A DNA stretch of 64,000 nt from Planctomycetota bacterium (GTDB lineage Bacteria; Planctomycetota; PLA2; JAEUHO01). Shown piece by piece: positions 1 through 8,956 of the stretch (within the stretch, counting starts at the first letter, position 1; each line of letters starts with the position of its first letter). A model generated the notes under the pieces. That model was not told where the DNA came from, did no database searches, and was given only the letters and a program-made list of their open reading frames with translations. Where the stretch lies: assembly GCA_965223505.1 (NCBI GenBank), contig CBDCWP010000021.1, positions 160,001-224,000 of the forward strand, written 5' to 3'. The translations under genes and the position numbers were made by a program.

Positions 1-2
1 GG

Positions 3-1247
3 AAGTCGGCCGACGGGCTGCAGTTCAACTACCGGGTGCCGAAGGACTACGACCACGACAAGGGCGCGAGTCTGACCTTCATCCTCCACGGGTCGAACCT
101 GTCCCGCGGCTGGGGCTTCGCGAACCACTCCTACAAGACGTTCCGGCCGGACGACATCGTCGTGAGTCCCGACGGGACGACGCCCAACGGCAACGGCGGC
201 TTCAACTTCATGGGCGAGAAGAAAGACGCCAAGCGCCTGCACGGTCTCCACGAAGAGCTCAAGAAGACCTTCAACATCAAGGCCACGTACCTCTACGGTC
301 ACAGCCAGGGCTCGTTCTTTTCGTTCTACTACGCGGGCGAGTACCCGGAAGACGTCAACGGCGTCGTTGGACACGCCAGCGGCGTTTGGAACTGGACGAC
401 CGCGAGCAAGAAGGGCCACCACCAGGCGATCGTGCTGATGCACGGTACGCAGGATCCGGTCGTGCCGTACGTCCAGTCGGCGGCGGATACGACGTTCACG
501 GATCGCAAGTACCCGATGGTGCGCAAGCGCCATCTGGAGTGGTGGAACCACTGGCCGGCCGAACACAACGGCGACACGCCGCACACGTCCCAGCAGCTGG
601 CGTGGGTCGAAGGCATGACCACGACCGACATGGATCGCCTGACCGCGTGCTGGGACGTGCTCACGGACGTCAAGAAGAAGGAGGAGCACGACTACGCGGG
701 CGTGTACCTGCTCGCCAAGCGCATCGTCGAGCTCGAAGGCGCGCCCGGGAAATGCAAGAAGTCGGCCGAGAACGCGATCAAGGTCGTCGACGAGCTGGTG
801 AAGAAGCACATCGACGCCATTCAGGCGCCGGAAGACCTGAAGTTCGCCGATGAGGACTGGATCACGCAGCTCGGGTTCTTCATGCGCAGGTTCGAAGGCG
901 TTCCGGCGGCCGACAGCTACGTCGAGACGTTCGCGCAGGCGCTGGAGAAGCAGCAGAAGGACGCCGTCAAGCACCTGAAGAAGTACTTCAAGGCGCTGAA
1001 CAAGGGAAAGCAGGCCGACGCGTTCAAAGAGGGCATCGCGGCGATCGAGAAGGGGTTCCTGTGGCCCGAGACGATCGACAACCGCATCCGCAACAACCTG
1101 AAGGACTGGGCGAAGGACGCCAAGAAGCTGAAGATCCCCAAGAAGGTCATGAAGGACTACGAGGCGATCGCGGCGGTGTTCGACAAGCGCATGCAGAGCG
1201 GCTGGAAGGCGTTCTCGAAGATCAACGCGAAGGCCGGCAAGCTGTAG
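3..1247 (+). CDS. alpha/beta hydrolase (esterase-like) with Lys-rich helical C-terminus; 5'-truncated by the window edge
   Basis: GHSQG nucleophile elbow, HGTQDPVVP and NHWP motifs; frame is open from base 3. Confidence 0.75.
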   Translation, partial: KSADGLQFNYRVPKDYDHDKGASLTFILHGSNLSRGWGFANHSYKTFRPDDIVVSPDGTTPNGNGGFNFMGEKKDAKRLHGLHEELKKTFNIKATYLYGHSQGSFFSFYYAGEYPEDVNGVVGHASGVWNWTTASKKGHHQAIVLMHGTQDPVVPYVQSAADTTFTDRKYPMVRKRHLEWWNHWPAEHNGDTPHTSQQLAWVEGMTTTDMDRLTACWDVLTDVKKKEEHDYAGVYLLAKRIVELEGAPGKCKKSAENAIKVVDELVKKHIDAIQAPEDLKFADEDWITQLGFFMRRFEGVPAADSYVETFAQALEKQQKDAVKHLKKYFKALNKGKQADAFKEGIAAIEKGFLWPETIDNRIRNNLKDWAKDAKKLKIPKKVMKDYEAIAAVFDKRMQSGWKAFSKINAKAGKL

Positions 1248-1271
1248 CCGCCGCTTGGGCCGTAGCGGCGG
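1248..1271. terminator. GC hairpin between convergent genes
   Basis: CCGCCGCT-N8-AGCGGCGG directly after the stop codon; no U-tract. Confidence 0.3.
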
Positions 1272-1292
1272 GGCCCGACCCCGTCCGCGAAA

Positions 1293-2243
1293 CTAGAACT
1301 TCGCTCGCAACCCCACGTCGATCAACGAGTCCAGCGACTCGATGTCGCCCGGCGGGTCGATCACATGATCGAGGCGCACGCCGATGCTCAGGCTGAGCTC
1401 GGCGCACAACGGCACGTCGAGCCGGGCGTCGAACGTCGTCAACGAGAGATCGAAGTCGCTCAGGTTGGGCAGGAAGTCGAGCTTCGCGCGCAGCGTCGTC
1501 TTGCCCGGTCCTTCGTAGACGTACTCCAGACCCGCGTACGCCGACGGATCGGTCATCGGCGAGAGGCCGAAGCGGCGTTCGTGCGTGAAGCCGGCGCCGA
1601 CCTCGCCCTTCAGCTCCGCGTAGCGGCTCTCGGCGAGCACCGTGCCGACGCCCGCGACCGTGGCGAACCGATGCTGAAGGTCCGCCAGCTCGTTGCGGTC
1701 GTAGTGGACCTGCAGGAACGAGTACGCGCACTTGCCGAACTTGCGATCGAGACGAAACAGGCCGTGCCAGGTCTCGGTCGAACGCTTGCCGTCGCTCTCG
1801 CCGTACACGTAGGTGCCGCCCACCTTCATGAGCCACGGGTCGCGTTCGTAGATCGCCGTGGCGTCGAGCTTGATGTCGAAGTGGTCCGCGTTGCCGCCCG
1901 CGGAGCTCGACGCGACGCCGATCTCGAACGACCACGGATCTTCGACGGGCTCCGGCTTCGGCGCCGGCGCGACGACGCGCGCCGCGTCGGCGGCATCCGC
2001 GGTCTCGGTCGCGGCGGCGATCGCCGGTATGTCGGCGTCGCGCCGGATCTCCGTGACCGCGGAGCGGGGGATGAGCACCGTTCCGAGCACGGGATGACGA
2101 AGCCGCAGCGAATCGCCGACGTCCTCGACGACGCCCGACAGAACGTCTCCGTTGCCCAGCACGATCGTGTCGGCGCGCGCGGCGTCGCACCAGCAGGACA
2201 ACGCGGCGAGCAGACAGGCTGCACGAATGCCGTTGCGAATCAT
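1293..2243 (-). CDS. DUF481/YdiY-like outer-membrane beta-barrel
   Basis: signal peptide (AARA-D), DTIVLGNGDVLSG N-domain, amphipathic beta-strands, C-terminal Phe. Confidence 0.8.
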   Translation of the reverse strand: MIRNGIRAACLLAALSCWCDAARADTIVLGNGDVLSGVVEDVGDSLRLRHPVLGTVLIPRSAVTEIRRDADIPAIAAATETADAADAARVVAPAPKPEPVEDPWSFEIGVASSSAGGNADHFDIKLDATAIYERDPWLMKVGGTYVYGESDGKRSTETWHGLFRLDRKFGKCAYSFLQVHYDRNELADLQHRFATVAGVGTVLAESRYAELKGEVGAGFTHERRFGLSPMTDPSAYAGLEYVYEGPGKTTLRAKLDFLPNLSDFDLSLTTFDARLDVPLCAELSLSIGVRLDHVIDPPGDIESLDSLIDVGLRAKF

Positions 2244-2271
2244 GTGGTCTCCTGTGCGCCCGGGCCGCTGT

Positions 2272-3048
2272 CTAGCCGTCGGGCAGGAAGAAGGATGCGG
2301 CCGTGAAGCCGCCGTCGATCGGGAGCACCGCCCCGTTGATCCAGCCGGCCTCGCCTCCGGCGAGGAAGCGCACTGCTGCGGCGATCTCTTCGGGCGTACC
2401 GAGCCGTCCGGACGGCGTACAGGCGAGGATGGCCTGCTTGTAGTCGTCCTTGGCGAGCACGGGCTCCGTCAGCGGGGTCGGCACGTACCACGGCGCGATC
2501 AGGTTCACGGTGACGCCTCGTGCGCCCCACTCGCGCGCGAGCACCTTGGTGAGCTGCACCAACCCGGCCTTGGCGACGGCGTAGGGTGCGCCCGTCGGCA
2601 GCGCGGTGAGGCCGGCGACACTGCCGATGTTGACGATCCGGCCGAACCCGTTCTCCCGCATCCCCCGGCCGCACAACCGCGACCAGTGAAACGGCGCGGT
2701 CAGTCCGAGCTCGAGCAGCGCGTCCCAGTCTTCCAAACGGTAGTGGTCGGCGCCCTTGCGAACGTTCCCGCCGGCGTTGTTGACGAGGATGTCGATGACG
2801 CCATGACTGCGAAGCGCCTGCTCGACCGCGTCGGTGCTGGCATCACGTTCCGTGACGTCCACGACCATCGGCGTCGCGGTGCCGCCGTCCGCCTCGATCC
2901 GGGCGGCGAGCTCGACGAGGTCGGGCTCGGTGCGCGCCGCCAACAGGACGTGCGCACCGTCGCGAGCGAGGCGCCGCGCGATGGCCGCGCCGATGCCGCG
3001 CGATGCACCGGTGACGAGGGCGGTGCGGCCTTCGAGGTCCGATGCCAT
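2272..3048 (-). CDS. SDR family NAD(P)-dependent oxidoreductase
   Basis: TGASRGIG, NNAG, YAVAK, IDGG motifs. Confidence 0.92.
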   Translation of the reverse strand: MASDLEGRTALVTGASRGIGAAIARRLARDGAHVLLAARTEPDLVELAARIEADGGTATPMVVDVTERDASTDAVEQALRSHGVIDILVNNAGGNVRKGADHYRLEDWDALLELGLTAPFHWSRLCGRGMRENGFGRIVNIGSVAGLTALPTGAPYAVAKAGLVQLTKVLAREWGARGVTVNLIAPWYVPTPLTEPVLAKDDYKQAILACTPSGRLGTPEEIAAAVRFLAGGEAGWINGAVLPIDGGFTAASFFLPDG

Positions 3049-3420
3049 CTAGCCGCCTGGCTTGCGCAGGTGCTTGGTGCTGAAGTTGCGCTCGGACGGC
3101 AGAGGGCCGGCCGACGGAGACGGCACCTTCCCTTCGAGGGGCCGGCCGCCGGGCGCCGCGATCTCCGGATCGACGGCGAAGTTGATCTCCTCCGCGCCTT
3201 CGATGCGCGAGATCAGCTCGACGAGGCTGCGATGCATCGCCCGGGTGAAGACCGTCCCCTCGAGCCCGACGCGCCGCCCCTTGAGCGTGACCTTCAGCTT
3301 CTTCTGGTCGCGCAGGATCGGATGCGCCTGGATCGCGCGCCGCACGCGTTGGGCGAGCGGGCTTCCGGCGAGCGGGTCCGCTTCGGTCTGCGCTTCTTGC
3401 TGCGGCTTCTCGTCGGCCAT
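3049..3420 (-). CDS. small BON-domain protein
   Basis: start set at MADEKP; LKVTLKGRRVGLEGTV...IEGAEEINFAV resembles BON. Confidence 0.6.
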   Translation of the reverse strand: MADEKPQQEAQTEADPLAGSPLAQRVRRAIQAHPILRDQKKLKVTLKGRRVGLEGTVFTRAMHRSLVELISRIEGAEEINFAVDPEIAAPGGRPLEGKVPSPSAGPLPSERNFSTKHLRKPGG

Positions 3421-3485
3421 GGGTCCCTCCGGCGAAGGCAATCTACCCGCCCCCGCGACGCGCGCGAACCCCTGGACCGGACGAA

Positions 3486-4397
3486 CTAGAGGAAGAGCAC
3501 CGCGGTGCCGCCGCCTTCGAGCTCGACGCGGGTCCTGCTCTTGGCATCCGCGTGTCGAACGAAGCCCAGTGCGCGCTGCGCGGCGACGGTCGTGACCGTG
3601 CCGACCGTTTCCCCGTCCTTGAGAATCGACGCGCCGGCGACGGGGACCGCCCCGCCCTCGACGGCGAGCGAGGCGAGGAGCCGGGGCGGATGACCGCGGT
3701 CGCGCGCCATCACGACGGGTTCCTGCCCGGGAAAGCAGCCCTTGGCCCAGGAGACGGCGTGCTCGAGCGGCGCCTCGTTGAACAGGACCGAAGGACCGAG
3801 CTCCGGACCGTACGCGGGCCTGCGCAGCGCCACGCGCAGCGCGTCCCACTGCGCGGCATTGGCGGCTTCGGCACCGGCTTCGATGAGCGCCTCGCGAACG
3901 GCCGCTGCGTCCGCCGCGGCGGCCGCGATCTCGAAGTTCGGATGTCCGGTCAGATCCGAGCGCAGGACGCGCGCGCTCGTTGCGCCGATCGTCGCCTCGA
4001 CGTGCCGGTCCGGCTCCGGCGCGTCGGCTCCCGCGGACTCGAGCACGGCGGCGGCGCGCGGTCCGGTCAATCCGAGACGCGCTTGCTCGGACGAGACGTC
4101 CTCGAACGTCACGTCGTCGGCGATGACGTACTTCTCGAGCACCGGCAGCGCATGCTCGACGGCGGCCGTCGGCAGGTCGGCGACGAGCGCGTCACCGAGA
4201 TTCCACAGCAGTAGGTCGGCCAGCACGCGGCCGCGGTTGTTCAGCAGACACGCATGCCGCGCCATGCCCGGCTCGATGGCGTTGACGTCCTGCGTGAGCA
4301 TGCGATGCAGGTAGTCGCGGCGGTCGTCGCCGGTGACCCGATAGACGGCGTTGCGCTCGGAGGCGCGCAGGCCGGCCGTGCTCTCGAGCGGGTTCAC
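3486..4397 (-). CDS. ygfZ: YgfZ/GcvT-family folate-binding protein
   Basis: VTGDDRRDYLHRMLTQDV and KGCFPGQE signature; GTG overlaps upstream TGA. Confidence 0.85.
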   Translation of the reverse strand: MNPLESTAGLRASERNAVYRVTGDDRRDYLHRMLTQDVNAIEPGMARHACLLNNRGRVLADLLLWNLGDALVADLPTAAVEHALPVLEKYVIADDVTFEDVSSEQARLGLTGPRAAAVLESAGADAPEPDRHVEATIGATSARVLRSDLTGHPNFEIAAAAADAAAVREALIEAGAEAANAAQWDALRVALRRPAYGPELGPSVLFNEAPLEHAVSWAKGCFPGQEPVVMARDRGHPPRLLASLAVEGGAVPVAGASILKDGETVGTVTTVAAQRALGFVRHADAKSRTRVELEGGGTAVLFL

Positions 4398-4942
4398 GAC
4401 TTCTTCGGCACCCACGGGACGTCCTTCTCTCCGGCGTTGTGATTCGCCAGGCGGGCCTTCACGAACAACATGTCCGACAGTCGGTTGAGCCAACGCAGCT
4501 CGGCGGCGTGCGCATCTCCGTCTTCGCGCAGCGCGACCAACGCGCGCTCGGCACGCCGGCAGACGGTGCGCGCCACGTGCAGGCGGGCCGCGGCCTCCGT
4601 CCCGCCCGGCAGGATGAACGTCTTCAGCGGCTCGAGCTCCGCTTCGCTCCGGTCGATGGCCGCCTCGAGCAGCTCGATGTCGGCATCGCCGACCGGCTCG
4701 ACACCCGGGTCCTTGTCCGCGCCGGTCGCGACGTGGGCGCCCAGTCGGAAACACGCCTCTTGACACTGCGCCAGCGTTTCGTCGACGCGCGGCGGCAAGA
4801 CGGCCGCGCGCGCCCAACCGAGCACCGCGTTGAGCTCGTCAACCAGCCCGTACGCCTCGACGCGCGGATGCGACTTCCGGACGCGGTCGCCACCGTAGAG
4901 TCCGGTCGACCCGTCGTCGCCTTTGCGGGTGTAGATCTTCAT
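4394..4942 (-). CDS. pduO: PduO-type cob(I)alamin adenosyltransferase
   Basis: KIYTRKGDDGSTGL, FILPGG, RTVCRRAER, NRLSD. Confidence 0.92.
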   Translation of the reverse strand: MKIYTRKGDDGSTGLYGGDRVRKSHPRVEAYGLVDELNAVLGWARAAVLPPRVDETLAQCQEACFRLGAHVATGADKDPGVEPVGDADIELLEAAIDRSEAELEPLKTFILPGGTEAAARLHVARTVCRRAERALVALREDGDAHAAELRWLNRLSDMLFVKARLANHNAGEKDVPWVPKKS

Positions 4943-5037
4943 GCACCGATGATGCCACGCGACGGGCGGGGAAGGCGACGCGGGGCGCGGAGCGGCGAGT
5001 AGAATCCGCGCCCCTTCTTCGCGACTCCCCCATCATC

Positions 5038-6255
5038 GTGCGCAAGTCCCCGCTTCTGGCCGTGTTCCTCACGGTGGTCATCGACCTCCTCGGCTTCGGG
5101 ATCGTGCTGCCGCTGCTGCCGCTGTACGGCGAGGCGTTCGATGCGCGCGGCATCACGCTCAGCCTGCTCTTCATCTCGTTCTCGGCCATGCAGTTCGTCG
5201 CGTCGCCGATCTGGGGACGGTTCTCGGACCGCTTCGGACGCCGGCCCATCATCCTGATCGGCCTGACCGGTTCCGTGGCGTCTTACACGTTGTTCGGACT
5301 CGCTCCGGGCATGTCCGCCGCACTGTTCTGGCTCTTCGTCTCGCGGATCGTCGCCGGCGTGTTCGGCGGGACGATCTCGACCGCGTACGCGTACATCGCC
5401 GACGTGACGACGACGAAGGAACGCGGGCGAGGCATGGCGCTGATCGGCGCGGCGTTCGGCATCGGCTTCACGCTCGGCCCGACCATTGGCGGCCTCGGCT
5501 ACGAGCACCTCGGTCCTGGCGCGCCCGGCTACATCGCCGCGGGCTTCTCCTTCGTCGCGCTCTTGTTCGCGGCGTTCCGGCTACCGGAGCCGGAGCGGCA
5601 CGCCGAGCACAGAGCACGGTCGTGGTTCGATCTCGACGCGTTCCGCACGGCGATGCGTACACCCGCGGTCGGCACCATCCTGATGACCGGCTTCGTGTCC
5701 GTCGGTTGCTTCGCGCTGCTGGAAGCGACGTTGTCCGTGCTCGCGAAGCACCGCTACCAGCTCGGCATCGGACAGATCGGGTTGCTGTTCTCCTACTTCG
5801 GGCTGTGGTCGGCGGTCAACCAGGGCTACGTCGTGCGCAAGATGATGAAGCGCATGGGCGAGCGCACGCTCATTCTCTGGGGACCGGTGCTGCTCGGCGC
5901 GGGTCTGTTGGTCATCGGCGCCGCGTCGGTGTTGCTCGAGCAGCTCGATCTCGGTTTCGGTTGGCGCCTCGCGGCTTTGTTGGTGATCGCGCCGCTGCCG
6001 GTGCTCGGATTCGGCATGATCATGCCGTCGTTGAACAGCCTCTTGTCGCGCGCAACGGATCCCACGACCCAAGGCGGTGTGCTCGGCGTGAACCAGAGCC
6101 TGCAGAGCCTGAGCCGGATCATCGGACCGTTCGTCGGCCTGAGCCTCTTCTACGTCAATGACGCGGTCCCGTTCCTGCTGGGCGCCGTCACGATGCTGCT
6201 GGCGATGGGGCTGGCCGTGAAGATCCGCAGGACGCCGCTCGAAGACCGCTACTGA
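5038..6255 (+). CDS. MFS transporter (TetA/DHA1-like)
   Basis: about 12 hydrophobic segments; motif A GRFSDRFGRRP; motif C GFTLGPTIGG. Confidence 0.92.
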   Translation: MRKSPLLAVFLTVVIDLLGFGIVLPLLPLYGEAFDARGITLSLLFISFSAMQFVASPIWGRFSDRFGRRPIILIGLTGSVASYTLFGLAPGMSAALFWLFVSRIVAGVFGGTISTAYAYIADVTTTKERGRGMALIGAAFGIGFTLGPTIGGLGYEHLGPGAPGYIAAGFSFVALLFAAFRLPEPERHAEHRARSWFDLDAFRTAMRTPAVGTILMTGFVSVGCFALLEATLSVLAKHRYQLGIGQIGLLFSYFGLWSAVNQGYVVRKMMKRMGERTLILWGPVLLGAGLLVIGAASVLLEQLDLGFGWRLAALLVIAPLPVLGFGMIMPSLNSLLSRATDPTTQGGVLGVNQSLQSLSRIIGPFVGLSLFYVNDAVPFLLGAVTMLLAMGLAVKIRRTPLEDRY

Positions 6256-6267
6256 TTCGAAGACGCG

Positions 6268-8790
6268 CTACGGGACCGTCGGGAAGAGCTGGACGTCGAG
6301 GTCCGTGACCGGTTCCTCGCCCTCGACGAACCCGACGGGCTGCGCATCCGCCTCGGTCGGACCCCCGAACCAACCGCAGAACTCGCCCGGCTGACAGAAG
6401 AACCCGTCGGCGTCGAGGTCCTCGCCCGCCTTGAGGTGGTACTGGGCCGGCGGGAGCCCGCGGAGCCAGAATCGGTAGTCGCACATGGCGCAGGCGACGG
6501 ACAACGAACGCGCGATCGACGTGTCGGCATCGATCGTCGCGATCTTCAAGTCCACACCCGCGCGCTGGACGTCGCCCACGTACATCACGATGCGCACCAC
6601 GCCCAGCACACCGTCGGTCGGGTTGGTCAGCCGCAGGATGCCGGAGTAGGTACCGGGGGCGAGTCCTTGCCGATCGACGGTCACCTCGACGCCGTCGACG
6701 TTGACCTCGCCGTTCCCGGGCGAGACGGGCACCAGGGTCGCGGACAACCACGCGGCGCCGTCGTCGGTCTTCGTGGGCGTGCCCACGACCTGGAGCTGGC
6801 CGCCGCCGCAGTTGAACACCGGCAGCTCGTAGATCGACTCGGCGCCGGCGAAGCGCAGGGAGTGGGTCGGCAACAACAAGGACGGTGGATCCACGCGGGG
6901 CGTGCCGGCCAGCACGAGCGCGCGGTTGATCGCGCGCTGTGCCTGCACCAGGCCCGAGCCGTGGGCGACGTCGTCACCGGGCACACCGAGATCACGCGCG
7001 GTGTCGCGCATGATCTGACGTAGGTCGTTCGCGCTCAGCGTCGGATCGATCGCCAGCAGGAGGGCGGCGACACCGGCGACGTGCGGCGCCGCTTCGCTCG
7101 TCCCTTGCAGGAACGACTGCGAGAAGACGGCGGGGAACACCGTCTCGTCCATCACGCTCGACAAGATGCCGTCGGGCCAACCGTCGCCCCAACGGTCGAC
7201 GACGAGATGCCCGCCCGGCGCCACGAGCTCCATCTCGTCGCCGAAGTTCGAGTACGACGTGGTGAAGAAGTTCGTGCCGACGGCGCCGACGCACACGACC
7301 GACGGATAGCGGGCCGGGAAGATGATCGCGGACTTCGTGTTGCCCGCGGCGCCGACGACGAGCACGTCGCGATTCGCCGCCCGGTCGCACGCGTCCTTTA
7401 GCTCGGGGCTGTCGACCGTGATCCCGAGCGAGAGATTGATGATGTCGACCGGATCGATGAAGACGCCGATCTCGTCCGGCGCGAGCCCGGCGCAGTAGAG
7501 GATCGCCGCGGCGACGTCGCTGAGCAGGCCGCCGCCGACGCCGAGAACGCGGACCGGCATGATCGACGTGTTGCACGCGACACCCGTCTTGCCGCCGATG
7601 ATGCCGGCCGTGTGCGTGCCGTGCCACGAGGACAGGCCCGAGGACGCATCGAGGTCGCCTGGATCCGTCGGATCGGCGTCGCGGCCGTCGCCGTCGTTCG
7701 AGAACGCGTCGTCGGAGATGAAGTCACGCCCCGCGACGAGGTTGTCGACGATCGAGGGATGCGGCACGACGCCGGTGTCGAGAACCGCGACGACCACGCT
7801 CGGGTCGCCCTCGGTGATCTTCCAAGCGCCCGGACAACCGATCGACTGGAGGTTCCACTTGAGGGGGAAGGACTCGTCGGTGGGATCGGCCAACGCCCTG
7901 ACGATCCAGTCCGGCTCGGCCCAACGCACGTTCGGATCGGCGGCGATCGCGTCGCAGAGCGACACCGCCTTGCGCTCGCCGCTCTCGCCTTCGTCGCATT
8001 CGAACCCCAGCTTCAACGTGCCGCTGCCGGTGTCGCCGATCAGGCGCAGGTCGTGCGCGTCGCACACGTGTTGCGCGTCGGCGCCGTCCTTCATCCGCAC
8101 GAGGATGTGGGTGCCGGCGCACCTCGGCTCGTCGTCGGCGAACGGCAAGACGATCGGCGTCTCCGCGAGGTCGGCGTGGACCGCGATCGACGCGCTCACC
8201 GGCTTCGGCGCGCCGACAGGGTCGCTGAGCGCTGCGCGCAGCACGTAGGAGGCGTGTCCGGTCACGATGCTCACGACGAAGTCGTACGTCTCGCGCGCGG
8301 ACGCGGTGAACGACGTCGTGACCGGCGACGGCCCCCCCGCCGTGGTGGCGACGACATTGCCGGTGGCGGTCTGGAACACCGCGACGTTGACCTGATCGGC
8401 GACCCCGCCCTCGGGAACGAACGACAGCTCCAGATCGACGACCTGCTCGTTGAGCATGGTGATCCGGAACGCGTCGACCGGGTCGACCCGGCCGAACTGG
8501 ACGGCGGTGACGCCGACGTTGCCGGCGATCTCGAGTGTCGTCCGCGCGGCCATCGGCGGAACGCGCGCCGCGTCCGTGACCGTGTCGTTCGGCTCCTGCT
8601 CGATGATGCGCCCGAGGTCGACGTCCGTGAGCAGGATGGTGCCGCTCAGCCCGTCGGGCGCCTGGGGCGGCGGGTCGGGCTCCGGCGTGAACACGCCGCC
8701 CCCGCCGCCGCACGCTCCGAGCGCCAGCAGCACCGCGATACACAGAAAGAGAGCGCGCACGCGACGCGCGGAGAGGGCTTCGAATCCCAT
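6268..8790 (-). CDS. S8 subtilisin-like lipoprotein protease with N-terminal PPC-like and C-terminal Ig/BACON-like domains
   Basis: lipobox LGAC-GGGG; triad LDTGV, HGTHTAG, GTSEAAPHVAG; EQEPND motif; alternative ATG at 8811. Confidence 0.88.
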   Translation of the reverse strand: MGFEALSARRVRALFLCIAVLLALGACGGGGGVFTPEPDPPPQAPDGLSGTILLTDVDLGRIIEQEPNDTVTDAARVPPMAARTTLEIAGNVGVTAVQFGRVDPVDAFRITMLNEQVVDLELSFVPEGGVADQVNVAVFQTATGNVVATTAGGPSPVTTSFTASARETYDFVVSIVTGHASYVLRAALSDPVGAPKPVSASIAVHADLAETPIVLPFADDEPRCAGTHILVRMKDGADAQHVCDAHDLRLIGDTGSGTLKLGFECDEGESGERKAVSLCDAIAADPNVRWAEPDWIVRALADPTDESFPLKWNLQSIGCPGAWKITEGDPSVVVAVLDTGVVPHPSIVDNLVAGRDFISDDAFSNDGDGRDADPTDPGDLDASSGLSSWHGTHTAGIIGGKTGVACNTSIMPVRVLGVGGGLLSDVAAAILYCAGLAPDEIGVFIDPVDIINLSLGITVDSPELKDACDRAANRDVLVVGAAGNTKSAIIFPARYPSVVCVGAVGTNFFTTSYSNFGDEMELVAPGGHLVVDRWGDGWPDGILSSVMDETVFPAVFSQSFLQGTSEAAPHVAGVAALLLAIDPTLSANDLRQIMRDTARDLGVPGDDVAHGSGLVQAQRAINRALVLAGTPRVDPPSLLLPTHSLRFAGAESIYELPVFNCGGGQLQVVGTPTKTDDGAAWLSATLVPVSPGNGEVNVDGVEVTVDRQGLAPGTYSGILRLTNPTDGVLGVVRIVMYVGDVQRAGVDLKIATIDADTSIARSLSVACAMCDYRFWLRGLPPAQYHLKAGEDLDADGFFCQPGEFCGWFGGPTEADAQPVGFVEGEEPVTDLDVQLFPTVP

Positions 8791-8956
8791 CGAACGCTGC
8801 AAGAGCTGCATGCCGGACGACTTGCTCCTGGAGGTCTTTGTTGTTCCGTTCCGAAAGCCCGCGGGAATTCTAACCGCGTTCGTCGGCGGGGGGCGCCGAT
8901 CGGCCGGGCCCCGGTCGAAGTCGCGTCCGCCGCAGCTTTCGGGCACGATGCAGACG

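Noticed and set aside
470..505. Possible compensating frameshifts in the first gene (alternative frame reads GGYD)
   Set aside because: The ORF stays open and there is no homolog alignment to support it
5038..6255. Tetracycline-resistance gene tetA
   Set aside because: Generic DHA1 MFS with no tetR or mobile context
7060..7110. Inactive S8 protease because GTSM reads GTSE
   Set aside because: Catalytic Asp, His, Ser and the oxyanion Asn (AAGN) are all present
8812..8956. Moco/Wco riboswitch upstream of moeA
   Set aside because: Could not recognise the conserved elements; the start looks leaderless. An Rfam scan would decide
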